Origin: a virus | Lineage: Duplodnaviria; Caudoviricetes | Virus record (IMG/VR): IMGVR_UViG_2843857367_000001 | Location: 1-64,000 of that record | Direction: 5' to 3' (one strand) | Length of the DNA: 64,000 nucleotides | Part shown: piece by piece, positions 1 to 9,800 of the stretch | Numbering within the stretch: the stretch's first letter is position 1 | How the letters are laid out: every line of letters starts with the position of its first letter | The notes under the pieces: model-generated | Told to the model about the DNA's origin: nothing | Databases searched by the model: none | Seen by the model: the letters and a program-made list of their open reading frames with translations, nothing else | Program-made: the position numbers and the translations under genes

Positions 1-165
1 ATGAAGCGAGACGAGCCCAGTTCGCCGCCCGAAGAGCGGTTCAGGGCCGAGCTGCAAGAGCTGGCGGCCCTGATGGAGGAGCGGATCACGCCGCCGCCGC
101 GCGATCGCGCGCTGATTGCGGGGCTGATCGCCGGCATGACCCATGTCGGGCGGCCGCCTCGATGA
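1..165 (+). CDS. small hypothetical protein (MKRDEPSS...)
   Basis: ATG at 1, TGA 163-165 overlapping next ATG (ATGA coupling); could start upstream of window. Confidence 0.5.
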   Translation: MKRDEPSSPPEERFRAELQELAALMEERITPPPRDRALIAGLIAGMTHVGRPPR

Positions 166-344
166 GCGCCCCAGCGGACAAGGAACTGGCCGCCTTGATG
201 CTACGCCTGGTCGGCCTGGACCTTCACAGCGCAGACGGCCGGGCCGGAGCGGGGGCGATCCTTCGAGAGATCGAGACGAAGGCGCCGGGATCGATCGCGC
301 GGATGCGCACGGCGTGCGCTGCAAGGAGGGCGACGGCGCATTGA
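162..344 (+). CDS. small hypothetical protein
   Basis: 60 aa ORF in a tightly packed plus-strand run. Confidence 0.5.
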   Translation: MSAPADKELAALMLRLVGLDLHSADGRAGAGAILREIETKAPGSIARMRTACAARRATAH

Positions 345-347
345 GCC

Positions 348-881
348 ATGTCTCAGGAAGAAGACACTCCCTTCTGGCGCGGCATCGGGTCGACCCCTGA
401 CGATCATTTCCCCATCGGCCTGCACCACTTTCCCCTGATCGAGGTGCCGGATCGGGGCTCACAGCTTCAAGTCCTGTGCTGCGTCTGCCGCCGTCAGGGG
501 CGCTTCACCGGTTTGGACCTGATCAGGCAGTTTCCCGACTGGCTGACGCGCGACGCGTGCGAGTGGGCTTGCGCCCTGCGCTGCGAAAACTGCGGCTCGC
601 GCCGCCTGTCGGTGTCGATTGCGAATGATCCGAACGCCCACGGCTTCCGTTCAAGTCACCGCGACACCTCAGACGTGCTGAGAATGCGCCGCCTGATCGC
701 CTGGCTGCCAGAGGGCGGCCTGCGTCTGGACGACGTGGCCTACCTGTTGCGCGACGTCGACCACGTCCGCCTTAAAGAAGCGGGGATGCCGCAAGAAGTG
801 GTCCGCCTGTTCAGCTACGGCGGCCATCATTGCGCGGACTATTGGCCCAGATCTCGTCTGGCGGCGACGCGCGGCGAATGA
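348..881 (+). CDS. hypothetical Zn-ribbon protein
   Basis: CCVC...CENCG Cys pairs; operon spacing. Confidence 0.65.
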   Translation: MSQEEDTPFWRGIGSTPDDHFPIGLHHFPLIEVPDRGSQLQVLCCVCRRQGRFTGLDLIRQFPDWLTRDACEWACALRCENCGSRRLSVSIANDPNAHGFRSSHRDTSDVLRMRRLIAWLPEGGLRLDDVAYLLRDVDHVRLKEAGMPQEVVRLFSYGGHHCADYWPRSRLAATRGE

Positions 882-884
882 TCC

Positions 885-1166
885 ATGGGCATGAACCCCC
901 GTTACAACAACTGGACGCGTGCTCAGTGGATGGGCCGCGCCGCCAAGGTCGGAGATCTCCAGCGCCAGGGCTGGCCCGTCGTCGCCTGCTGCCTGCATTG
1001 CCATCTGGAGATGACCGTCGATCTGGCCGTCGTGCGCAGGGCGCTGGGCGAGGACTTCGTGCTCTGGGGCCGGACCGCGCGCTGCCGCCGCCGGCACTGT
1101 CAGGGGCGTATGTGCTTCTGGACCTACCCGCCCGAAGGTCGCGGGCTTAAGGTCGAAATGTTCTAG
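885..1166 (+). CDS. small Zn-ribbon protein
   Basis: CLHC...CRRRHC; directly upstream of SRAP. Confidence 0.7.
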   Translation: MGMNPRYNNWTRAQWMGRAAKVGDLQRQGWPVVACCLHCHLEMTVDLAVVRRALGEDFVLWGRTARCRRRHCQGRMCFWTYPPEGRGLKVEMF

Positions 1167-1176
1167 GGAGCCGCCG

Positions 1177-1749
1177 ATGTGCAACAACTACCGCCTGCAC
1201 GTTCCCGCTAACCAGCTCGCCGCGCCGTTCCGGGACGCGGGGCGGGCGCTCGTCTTTCCAGGCGGCCTGCCCAACCTGGCTGCAGCCGACTACCGCATCG
1301 GCGACGTCGCGCCCGTCGTCACCCAAGGCGCCGATGGTCTGCAGCTGACCATGACGCCCTGGGCGTGGAAGAGCCTGACCGGGAAACCCGTCTTCAACTT
1401 CCGCTCGGACGGGCGCTCTTTCGCCAACTCGACCCGCTGCCTGATCCCCGCCGACGGCTTCTACGAGTTCACCGAACCCAAGGTGCAGGGACGGAAAACG
1501 AAGTGGCTCTTCACCATGGCTGGCCAGCCATGGTTCTGGATTGCCGGCATCATTAAGGACGGGGCTTTCGCTATGCTGACCACCGAGCCGGGCCCCGACG
1601 TCGCGCCCTACCACGACCGCCAGATCGTCCTCTTACCGCCGGGCGCTGGTGTTCACTGGCTGGATCTCAGCGCAGCCGAAGACCTCATGCTGCAGCCCTG
1701 CTCGGCCGGATCACTGACCGTGCAGAAGGTCTGGCCCGAATCGGCATGA
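1177..1749 (+). CDS. SOS response-associated peptidase (SRAP/YedK/HMCES, abasic-site protection)
   Basis: N-terminal MC, RCLIPADGFYEF, HDRQ motifs. Confidence 0.92.
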   Translation: MCNNYRLHVPANQLAAPFRDAGRALVFPGGLPNLAAADYRIGDVAPVVTQGADGLQLTMTPWAWKSLTGKPVFNFRSDGRSFANSTRCLIPADGFYEFTEPKVQGRKTKWLFTMAGQPWFWIAGIIKDGAFAMLTTEPGPDVAPYHDRQIVLLPPGAGVHWLDLSAAEDLMLQPCSAGSLTVQKVWPESA

Positions 1750-1910
1750 CGGCCGAGACCGATCAGCAGAAGGCCGCCCGCTTCGAGGCCGAGGCCCATG
1801 ACCTTCACCGCCGATCCCGCGCGGCGGCCAGCTTGCCCGCGTCCATCGTACTGCGCTTTCGCGCGCTGTGGAAGGAAGAGGCGGCGCGCCTGCTGCGGCG
1901 CCAGCGCTAG
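1746..1910 (+). CDS. 54 aa hypothetical protein
   Basis: ATGA-coupled to SRAP stop, TAG at 1908-1910 (read manually). Confidence 0.45.
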   Translation: MTAETDQQKAARFEAEAHDLHRRSRAAASLPASIVLRFRALWKEEAARLLRRQR

Positions 1911-1945
1911 GCCGTGACCGGCCGACTCAGCTACACCACCGCGCC

Positions 1946-2218
1946 ATGACGCCCGACCAACTGACCACCGCTCTCGACGCCATGATGGCGTCCGCTGGTG
2001 ATGACCCCGACTTCCTGCCCGGCCTCATCGAGGTCAACAGCGAAGAATGGTGCGAAACCCTCTACAGCATCGAACGGACGGCCAAGTCTCTGGACGAAGG
2101 CATCCGGCACCGAGGCATCAAGGTCGCCATCTCCTCGGCCTTTGAAACGCGAGTGCTGACCAGATCCGAGGCGGGCGATCGAGGCCAGCCCTATCGGGAT
2201 GTGACGCCAGCCGCCTGA
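1946..2218 (+). CDS. hypothetical protein (MTPDQLTTALD...)
   Basis: protein-like composition from ATG 1946. Confidence 0.65.
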   Translation: MTPDQLTTALDAMMASAGDDPDFLPGLIEVNSEEWCETLYSIERTAKSLDEGIRHRGIKVAISSAFETRVLTRSEAGDRGQPYRDVTPAA

Positions 2219-2274
2219 CGCGAATCATGGAATCCTTTTCCGACCCCCAGCGTTCTGACAGAGAGGAGCCGCGA

Positions 2275-2511
2275 ATGATCGAACCCGAACAGCATCGCTA
2301 CTTCGCCTACGCTGAAGGCCTCGGCCGGGCGCACGGCCACGTCCTGGAAGCCCGCAGTTTTGAAGCGGCAGCCGTCGGATTTACCGAACTCTACTCTCCG
2401 CCCGTCGACGCCGACGACGAGATCCGCATCTTCGTGGCGGACCTGGACGGCGGACAGGAACACTGCTTCGTCATCGACCTCAGCGACGGGCAGGCAGAGC
2501 CCTGCGACTGA
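2275..2511 (+). CDS. small conserved hypothetical protein (possibly DUF5961-like)
   Basis: GAGGAG SD; SFEAAAV...EHCFxIDL...PC pattern recalled from Caulobacterales proteins. Confidence 0.65.
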   Translation: MIEPEQHRYFAYAEGLGRAHGHVLEARSFEAAAVGFTELYSPPVDADDEIRIFVADLDGGQEHCFVIDLSDGQAEPCD

Positions 2512-2581
2512 GCATCAGGGAGCGAATCACCGGGCCCGGTGTTGAGTCGGCGGCGCATGCGGCGCCGCCCGGAGGTCCACC

Positions 2582-3439
2582 ATGGCTTATCGCCCCACCT
2601 GGCAGGGACACCTGCGCCTTTCCCTCGTGACATGCCCGGTCGCGCTCTACACCGCGACCAGCTCCGGCGGCGATGTGCGGTTCAACCTTATCAACCCTGA
2701 GACCAACAACCGCATTCGCATGGTGACGACCGATCCCGACACCGGGCCGGTCGAACGGTCTTCGCTGGTCAAGGGCTACGCCGTCGCCAAGGACGAGTAC
2801 ATCCTGCTGACCGACGAGGAGATCAAATCGGTCAAGCTGGAGAGCACCAAGACGATCGACATCGAACGCTTCGTGCCCGAGGAGGAGATCGACCGCCTAT
2901 ATTGGGACAACCCCTACTACCTAGCCCCGGCCGGAGCCTTGGCCGAGGAGGCGTTCGGGGTTATCCGCGAGGCTATGCGATCTGAGGGCAAGATCGCTCT
3001 CGGTCGTGTCGTTCTGTCAACGCGGGAACGCCTGCTGGCGCTTGAGCCGCGCGATCGCGGCATTCTGGCCTATTCCCTGCACACACGCGACGAGGTCAGG
3101 GCGTCGCGGGAAGTGTTCGGGGCCATCACGGACCAGGCTCCCGACCCCGCCATGGTCGATATCGCCCGCCGCATCATCGAGCAAAAGGCCGGCCCGTTCG
3201 ATCCTGACCAGTTCGTCGATCGTTACGAGGAAGCGCTCAAGGCGCTCATTGCAGCGAAGCAGAAGGGCCAGAAGCCGGTCCGCGCCGCTGAGCCAGAAGA
3301 CACGGACGTGGTGGATCTAATGGCCGCATTGCGTGCCAGCTTGGAGGGCGGTGCTGCGCCTCGACGTCGAGCCGGAACTAAGGGCCAGGCGACAGCGGCT
3401 AAGCTCCGTCGCCCCTCGCCGCGCCGTAAGGTGGGCTGA
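2582..3439 (+). CDS. ku: Ku protein (NHEJ DNA end-binding)
   Basis: WQGHLRLSLVTCPVALY, DLMAALRASL and basic C-terminal tail. Confidence 0.95.
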   Translation: MAYRPTWQGHLRLSLVTCPVALYTATSSGGDVRFNLINPETNNRIRMVTTDPDTGPVERSSLVKGYAVAKDEYILLTDEEIKSVKLESTKTIDIERFVPEEEIDRLYWDNPYYLAPAGALAEEAFGVIREAMRSEGKIALGRVVLSTRERLLALEPRDRGILAYSLHTRDEVRASREVFGAITDQAPDPAMVDIARRIIEQKAGPFDPDQFVDRYEEALKALIAAKQKGQKPVRAAEPEDTDVVDLMAALRASLEGGAAPRRRAGTKGQATAAKLRRPSPRRKVG

Positions 3440-3509
3440 GCACGCGAACTTTGCCTTCGAACCGACTCTCACGTAGCGATGCTACCTGGACCTATACAGG
3501 AGCTACGCT

Positions 3510-4043
3510 ATGGAAATCCGAGATGTTGATCGCCTGATTTTGGTGATGCTTGCCGAAATCCAGGAGAACTTGAAAATCAAAGGGGAGATCGACACCGCGT
3601 TTTTGAAGGATGCCATCTTCGGCGGACACAACTGGGCGCTTGAATGGCGAATGCCGGGCATCTTCAAGGTTGAACAGACCTCTCGGGACGTACTGGCAGA
3701 GACGGTTGATGTCCTGGACATGTACGACATGATGGAGCGGAGCTACGACGATCTCGGTCCGAGCGAAAAAGTTGGCTTCGATCGGCATGAAGTCGAGTTT
3801 CATGGCTTCGACGGAAACCATGAAACGGACCATATGGGCGTGGCGCAGTTCCTGGTCGAAAAGATGAACCGCTTCCCGCGTTTCCTCGGCAGGACGTTCA
3901 ATTCTCATCACCCCACCTTGGATCGTGTGCGCCGGATGCTGCGTGCCTACGAGCCCCTGCGAGCAGGAACCGGGCAGCGTTCGGGGGTGCCTCGCCTCAA
4001 TGCCGATGAGATCCGCCAAGTCTTGGCTGCAGGTCGCCTTTGA
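3510..4043 (+). CDS. YfbU-family protein
   Basis: ETVDVLDMY, FHGFDGNHE, FNSH motifs; lower GC; AGGAG SD. Confidence 0.85.
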   Translation: MEIRDVDRLILVMLAEIQENLKIKGEIDTAFLKDAIFGGHNWALEWRMPGIFKVEQTSRDVLAETVDVLDMYDMMERSYDDLGPSEKVGFDRHEVEFHGFDGNHETDHMGVAQFLVEKMNRFPRFLGRTFNSHHPTLDRVRRMLRAYEPLRAGTGQRSGVPRLNADEIRQVLAAGRL

Positions 4044-4157
4044 AATGTTTGAGGCCCGCCCTCCGAAGAGAGCGAGCCTCAATGGCGGAGCCCGAAGCTC
4101 GACGCCTTGCAATCCGGGCTCGCCTCCCCATTTAGGGTACGAGCCCCGGCTCATTAG

Positions 4158-4194
4158 GCCCGTCTGAGTCCCAATGTGGCAGACGGGTTTTCTT
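4158..4194 (+). terminator. intrinsic terminator
   Basis: CCCGTCTG/CAGACGGG stem followed by TTTTCTT. Confidence 0.55.
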
Positions 4195-4201
4195 ATGCCC
4201 G

Positions 4202-4516
4202 TCAGCCAGGCCTGGGCGGCAGTTCAGGCGGCGGCGGGCAACTCAGCCCCTTCATGCCGTTGTCGGCCGCCCAACGGCACAGCCGCCCGACCGCATCCCA
4301 TCCGCGCTCGCCCCAGCCCTCGATGGCGATGTCATGGGCTATGCCCGCTGCTTCGCTGCGCACCGCTTCCGGCGGCATGACCGGCTTGGCCTCAACGGCC
4401 AGGTCGGCACTCGGGGGGTAGATCGGCGTCACGCGTTCCCTGCTCGCGCAGCCGGTGACAAGCAAGAGCGACGCGGCCAGCAGTGGGGCGAGCATCAGGG
4501 ATCGAAGAGACCGCAT
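4202..4516 (-). CDS. o-spanin (Rz1-like lipoprotein)
   Basis: lipobox LVTGC, Pro-rich, overlaps i-spanin. Confidence 0.75.
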   Translation of the reverse strand: MRSLRSLMLAPLLAASLLLVTGCASRERVTPIYPPSADLAVEAKPVMPPEAVRSEAAGIAHDIAIEGWGERGWDAVGRLCRWAADNGMKGLSCPPPPELPPRPG

Positions 4517-4769
4517 CGGTCCGTTCCTTTTCCAGTCGGTTGTTGATCTTCAGGTCGGTCAGCCGGTCGTCGGCTGCGCGATCGTGCGAAGCGGCGCCCG
4601 TGGTGCGAGCCTTGGCGTTGGCCGCCTCGGCGACGCGGTCCTGCTTGGCCCGTTCCCGGCTGGGCGCGGTAGCGGCGCACCAGCCCATGACGAACAGCGC
4701 CAGGACACAGAGCGCGATGACGGCCCATGACGCCGGACCGATGGCGCGGATGAATTCGCGGATCAGCAT
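4392..4769 (-). CDS. i-spanin (Rz-like)
   Basis: N-terminal TM plus helical periplasmic region. Confidence 0.7.
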   Translation of the reverse strand: MLIREFIRAIGPASWAVIALCVLALFVMGWCAATAPSRERAKQDRVAEAANAKARTTGAASHDRAADDRLTDLKINNRLEKERTDAVSSIPDARPTAGRVALACHRLREQGTRDADLPPECRPGR

Positions 4770-5044
4770 TGCCGCCACTCCCCGGCCGTCAGAAAGCCGT
4801 GCCACTCGCAACCGCCTCGGAATAGGACCGAAGGCGTCAGGGTCGGCCGCTCCCGGTCGCCGTTCCAATCCCAGCGCGGCCCAGGATCATCCGGCTTAAC
4901 CGGCAGATAGCCTTCGCGCTTACAGCCGCAGGGGCAGATGAAGGCGATCCCGCCGACGCTACCGTCAGGATAGGAGCGGATTTCAATGGCGCCGGGCGTG
5001 TCGTGGTGGTGGTCGATGTCCTCGACAAGGAAAGCGCGGGTCAT
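4763..5044 (-). CDS. DUF6527-like metal-binding protein
   Basis: FICPCGC, WNGD..PTLTPS, CxWHGFLTxGEW. Confidence 0.7.
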   Translation of the reverse strand: MTRAFLVEDIDHHHDTPGAIEIRSYPDGSVGGIAFICPCGCKREGYLPVKPDDPGPRWDWNGDRERPTLTPSVLFRGGCEWHGFLTAGEWRQC

Positions 5045-5562
5045 CGCGCGATCTCGAAATGCGGCCCGTCCAGTAGGGCGCTCTTGCCCATCGCCTTGCG
5101 CCGGGCCTTGTAACCTTCGACGGCGGCCTTCATCGCCGCTGGCCCGGCCGGGAGGTCGTTCAGCACCCGGTCCCAAGCCCCGCCCCAGACCAGACGGACG
5201 CCGACCAGAATGGCGGCTTCCCGCATGGCCGAGGCGATCTCATAGAAGGGCTCGATGACGGCGCCCGCCTTCGTCTTCACGCGCCAGTGGTCGTCGCCCC
5301 AGGTGAAGACGCCATCGACGTAAGGCACGAGGTCCAGCCCGGTCGAGAACGCCGCTCCCGCCTTGATGACGTGCGCCGAGTTCATGGTCCGCGACACGCC
5401 GCGCCGCACCTTCTCGGCCTGTTCGTTCAGCGACCGCGACTGCTCTTCGGTGATGCCGAAATCGACGGCGCATCGGTTCAGGGCGATGACCGCGACCGCC
5501 ATCAACAGCGGATCGACCGCGCGCGCACGGTCCATCGACCGCTTGGAAAAGCGGAATCCCAT
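5041..5562 (-). CDS. endolysin, M15-family peptidase
   Basis: FSKRS, DFGITE, TMNSAH..DLVPY, DGPHFE. Confidence 0.85.
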   Translation of the reverse strand: MGFRFSKRSMDRARAVDPLLMAVAVIALNRCAVDFGITEEQSRSLNEQAEKVRRGVSRTMNSAHVIKAGAAFSTGLDLVPYVDGVFTWGDDHWRVKTKAGAVIEPFYEIASAMREAAILVGVRLVWGGAWDRVLNDLPAGPAAMKAAVEGYKARRKAMGKSALLDGPHFEIAR

Positions 5563-5654
5563 TGGGTTCTCCAGTTCGGATTGAAATGACAGGCTTGGCC
5601 GCAACCTCAATCAGAGGACGGCGTTCGGATTCCCCTGACAGGGGAGTAGATGAA

Positions 5655-5858
5655 ATGACGCAGACACCCGTCGTTCAGCGGGCCTTCCAACTGGCGGACA
5701 GCGGTCGATATCGCATTCCATCGGAAGTACGCAGGGCGTTGGTCCGAGAGGGCTACACGCAATCAGACGTGTTCGGCCTTGAGGGGAAGGCGACATGGAG
5801 CCAGCTACGCGACCGATGCGGCAAAGCAGTAGGGCAAGGTTCCGCCACAGCTACCTAA
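5655..5858 (+). CDS. small antisense-oriented hypothetical protein in lysis cassette
   Basis: GGGGAG SD; RAFQLADSG...LVREGY. Confidence 0.6.
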   Translation: MTQTPVVQRAFQLADSGRYRIPSEVRRALVREGYTQSDVFGLEGKATWSQLRDRCGKAVGQGSATAT

Positions 5859-6145
5859 GCCGCCCGGCTCGCGCTCTGCCGTCTCACGTTCCGCCACAGG
5901 ACATGGGCGGTGTAGGCCACGGCGCAGACCAGCAGCGCCTCGGTGCGGGATGCGCCGTAGTCCCCGACCAGAACGGTCAGGGAATAGGCGCCCAGGATCA
6001 GCGACAGGATGAAAAGCGCACGTCGCACATCGCCCGGTCCCTCAGGGTAGTCGCCCATGCGGGGCTTCAGCGCCTGCGCCCGCAGTTGCAGGCAGGCGCT
6101 GCCATAGCCGCTGGCCAGCGCGGCGATCCAATCGACCCACGTCAT
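5855..6145 (-). CDS. membrane protein (holin/antiholin candidate)
   Basis: 2-3 hydrophobic segments, lysis position. Confidence 0.55.
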   Translation of the reverse strand: MTWVDWIAALASGYGSACLQLRAQALKPRMGDYPEGPGDVRRALFILSLILGAYSLTVLVGDYGASRTEALLVCAVAYTAHVLWRNVRRQSASRAA

Positions 6146-6510
6146 CCCGTCTTCTCCTTGCCCAGACGAGAGGCCCAGCGCTTGGCCCCCTCGATGACGA
6201 GCGGCAGAAGCTCCCAACCCAAACCACCGACGACGAAGCCGACGGCGACCGGATCGACGGCGGCCCTCAACCCCTCGAACGGGATCATGGCGACCATTGC
6301 CGGGCCGAGAGCGAAAGCCGCGACGGTGCCGACCAGCAGCCCGGCCGTCACATTCGCCAGCGCGCGCCAGAAGTCCGACAACGTCGGCCGGTGCCCCGCC
6401 TTCACCAGTTGCACGAAGGTATAGACGCCATAGATCAGCGCCCCGGCCGCGCCCCCGAAGGCATAGCGCAGCCGCCCCAGGTCGAAGCCGGGGGGTAGAT
6501 CAGACAGCAT
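6142..6510 (-). CDS. holin candidate
   Basis: three TM segments, basic C-terminus, GGAGG SD. Confidence 0.65.
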   Translation of the reverse strand: MLSDLPPGFDLGRLRYAFGGAAGALIYGVYTFVQLVKAGHRPTLSDFWRALANVTAGLLVGTVAAFALGPAMVAMIPFEGLRAAVDPVAVGFVVGGLGWELLPLVIEGAKRWASRLGKEKTG

Positions 6511-6569
6511 GCGCCGCCCTCCCATTTCAGATTGTCAGGAAACGGCCCGCCTGCGGCGAACCGGGTTCG

Positions 6570-6875
6570 TCAAGCCGCCGGAGGCGTCGGATTGGGCGCC
6601 GAGACCGGCGGTGACGCTGCGGCGGTCAGCCGGGCGATCTCGGCGTCCAGCAGGCCCGGCAGGCCCTGGGCGTGGTTGATGAAGGTCTGCCCCGCCACCG
6701 CCCCGGCGCCGGAGAGGGTAGGCAACAGAGCGGCGGCGGCCGCGATCGCTGCCTGATGCTCGGCTGTGATCAGCGCCTCGCGGAACGCCAGAAGCTTGTC
6801 GCGCCTCAGCGCCGCCACCTGTCGCTCTGCGGTCGCGATGTCGGCCAGTAGCTGCTGTTCGGTTTGTTCGGTCAT
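6570..6875 (-). CDS. hypothetical protein after tail tip gene
   Basis: AGGAG SD, helical 101 aa. Confidence 0.65.
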   Translation of the reverse strand: MTEQTEQQLLADIATAERQVAALRRDKLLAFREALITAEHQAAIAAAAALLPTLSGAGAVAGQTFINHAQGLPGLLDAEIARLTAAASPPVSAPNPTPPAA

Positions 6876-6887
6876 TGAGGGTTCTCC

Positions 6888-9800
6888 TTAATCCTCGACG
6901 CAGACGACGTTCAGAAACTGGCTGCGATAATTCCCCGCCCCGTTCAGCCAGGTGAAACTGCGACCCGACATCTCGACCCGGTACTGGCGGTCCAGGGTGT
7001 TTCGATCTGGATCGACAAATGTCGCGGCGCCGCCGCAGACGACCTCCTGGCCTTCTTCGAAAAAGTCGCCGCCGTTGATGCCCCAACTGCGGCGCTGGCC
7101 GGTGGCGGCGAAGGTTGCGACCAACTCAAATACGTCGCCGTTCAGCGAACGATACAGGCGGATTTGCGCCGTCGGATCGTTGGAGACGTCCTCGTAGCTG
7201 GGCGGGAACGGGGGGGAATAGCTGGTGCTGGCGACGCGGGTTTCCGCTGCGTAGCTGAACACGATCGTGATCGTTCCGCCCAACGACCCGAAACGACCCG
7301 TTTGAGCGGATACCGTCGCGCTCTGATCAGACGTGCGAGCTGACGCCTGCAACTGACCGGCCGAAATCCCGCCCTTGTAATAGGCGGCGCCATTGGCGTC
7401 GCGCCACTCGGTCGCATTCGACTTGCGCATGGCCGAGGGATCGATATTCGGCCCAAACCAATAGATCATGTCGTCGTTCGGCAGCATGCCGATGACGATC
7501 CGCGCGTTCCCCTTGGTCCAGATGATGGCGGGCAGATCCGGGTCGATGGCGATCTGCTTCAGCAGCCCGACGAACACCTTTCCGGCGAAATGAGCCGAGG
7601 TGCCGACCAGCCGGAACACCGGCACGAACAGGCTGCCGACCTTGGTCCACAGACCGATGGCCTGGGCGCCGAGGTTGATCTCCGACACCGGATTGCCGTT
7701 GTCGTCCTCGGCCTTCATCTGGACGAACGCTTCGGCGCTTCCGGCCGACACGGTGCGTTCGGCCCAGGCCTTGGTCTTGCCCTCCAGCGTGCGGACGGCG
7801 CCCGCCGTCTCCTCGACTTTGGCTAACTGACCGCCGCCTGCTGGCGCGCTGTAAGCGGGCAGTTGTGTCGCGCCCGGCGCCATACGGGCCCACGCCCAAC
7901 GGCGAGCGGACACAATGGCGGTGCTCGACGTAGAGCCCTGGCTGTGGATGTAAGCCTCAATCGTCAGATAACCATCGGCAGGAACGGTGAAGACGCTGCC
8001 CACACGATGCCAGTTCGTCTGACCGTACTGCGATTGGAAATCGGCGGCGGGGATTCCTCCCCACAATGTGCCGTCGGCGTTGAACAGCCGCACGCCCACG
8101 GCCCAGCGCGCCGCCGGATGACCATAGGCCGGGCTTTCATCACGCGCGTCAAAGGCGAACCCGATGCGCTCGCCTGCCGACACGCGCCAGGCCCGCATTC
8201 CATAAGAGTTCGTTTCCGGGCCAAATGGCCCGCCGCCGAAGTCGAGCGACCCCAACACGACGACGCCAGGGTCTTGGATGCCACCCCCGTTCTTTAGGGC
8301 GAAGAGATACTCGTTCTCCCAAATGCCGAGACTGATAGAGTGGCCAGACCCGTTCCATTGCTGGCGAAAGCCCGTCATCCCCTGCGCCAGGTCGGCATTG
8401 TTGAATTCATTCGTCCCGGCGCGCGCCTCGAGCAGATCCTGGCGCAACGCCATGACGCCCTGCTCGCCCGCGATGGCGGTGAACTCGCTCGACAGGCGGG
8501 CCGACATGGTCGGATAGGAACCGCGCGCCTGGCCGGTCTCTATCTCGGCGGCCGTGGCCTCTCGCACCAGCGCCTTATGCCAGACGATAATCTTGGCGCT
8601 GATCGCCCCGAAACCGTCGACATAGCCGCTCATGGCAAACAGATCGAACCACGCCACCGCCGGGTTTTCGACACGCACGATCTTGCTGAAGGCATAGGTT
8701 CTGCCGGGCGCGCCGCTTCCAACGGCATTCCCAGAACTGTCTGGGTCTGCCCGGAAATCGATAGAGTTTGCGATCAACGCCCCCGTGTTTGGGCCTGCCG
8801 ACTGGAGCAAAAGCAGGCCCGCACCGTCGAGGCTGCCAGCCTCTAGCGTCACCATCGCCTCCAGCACATACCAGCCTGGCTTGGGAGTGCGTCTGAACCC
8901 CTCATGGCGCGCCATGATGCCGGTGATCCGCCCTACCGGGACCACATATCGAAGAGCGTATCGCGAGAGCTGCCCAGCCACGACCGTGCGGTCATGGCCC
9001 CAGCTCCAGTCCGCCCAACCGGGCGCGACCGCTGGAAACGGCGCCTCAGGATCAGCAGCAGCGAACGTCGGATTGGCGTTCATCGCCCCGGCCGCCGCAT
9101 TGGTGACCGCGACCTCACGAACGTCGCTGACCTCTTCCACGATGGCGCCCAGACCGGTTTTGACCGCATCCACGTCGGTCAGGATTTCCTCCCGCGTGCG
9201 GCCGCCCAGATGGGTCGCATCCCCCGCCACCAGCTGCCCCGGCACGCGCGGGCCGATCACCAGAAACTGGCTCGGCACGCCCTGGGCTGACAGATGCGTG
9301 ATGGCGACATGATGCTCGACGCCGGGCGTCAGATTGCCGATCTCCAGCGCCTTGGTCAGCGGCGCGCCTTCGTAAGCTTCGGTCCATGGGCCGTCAGGCG
9401 TCAGGCCCCAGGCGATGCGCACGGCCGCCACGTTGGGATCATTGACCTCGCCGCGCACGATCAGGATCGGCTGCGACACGCCGTTCGCGTCCGGCCCCTT
9501 GGCGTCCACCGACCAGATCGAGGCGAGCGGCGCGCCGGGAACCGGCTTGACCACCGTCACCTGCAGCGGCGGCGACACGCGGCCGTCCACCGTCGCGGCG
9601 GTGATCTCGATCTCAACGCGCGTGGCCTCGACGCCTTCCACAGGCGCCTCGCGCAACGGCGGCGCGACCAGCTCGCGCGCAGCCGCGTCCAGCGCAGGCA
9701 ACGGCGCCCAGCTTCCGGCCTCGCCCTTGGCGCGCCAGCGGACCGAGAACCCGCTCAGCGGCGCGCCACGCCATGTCGGCATGTCGAAGCTGACGCGCAC

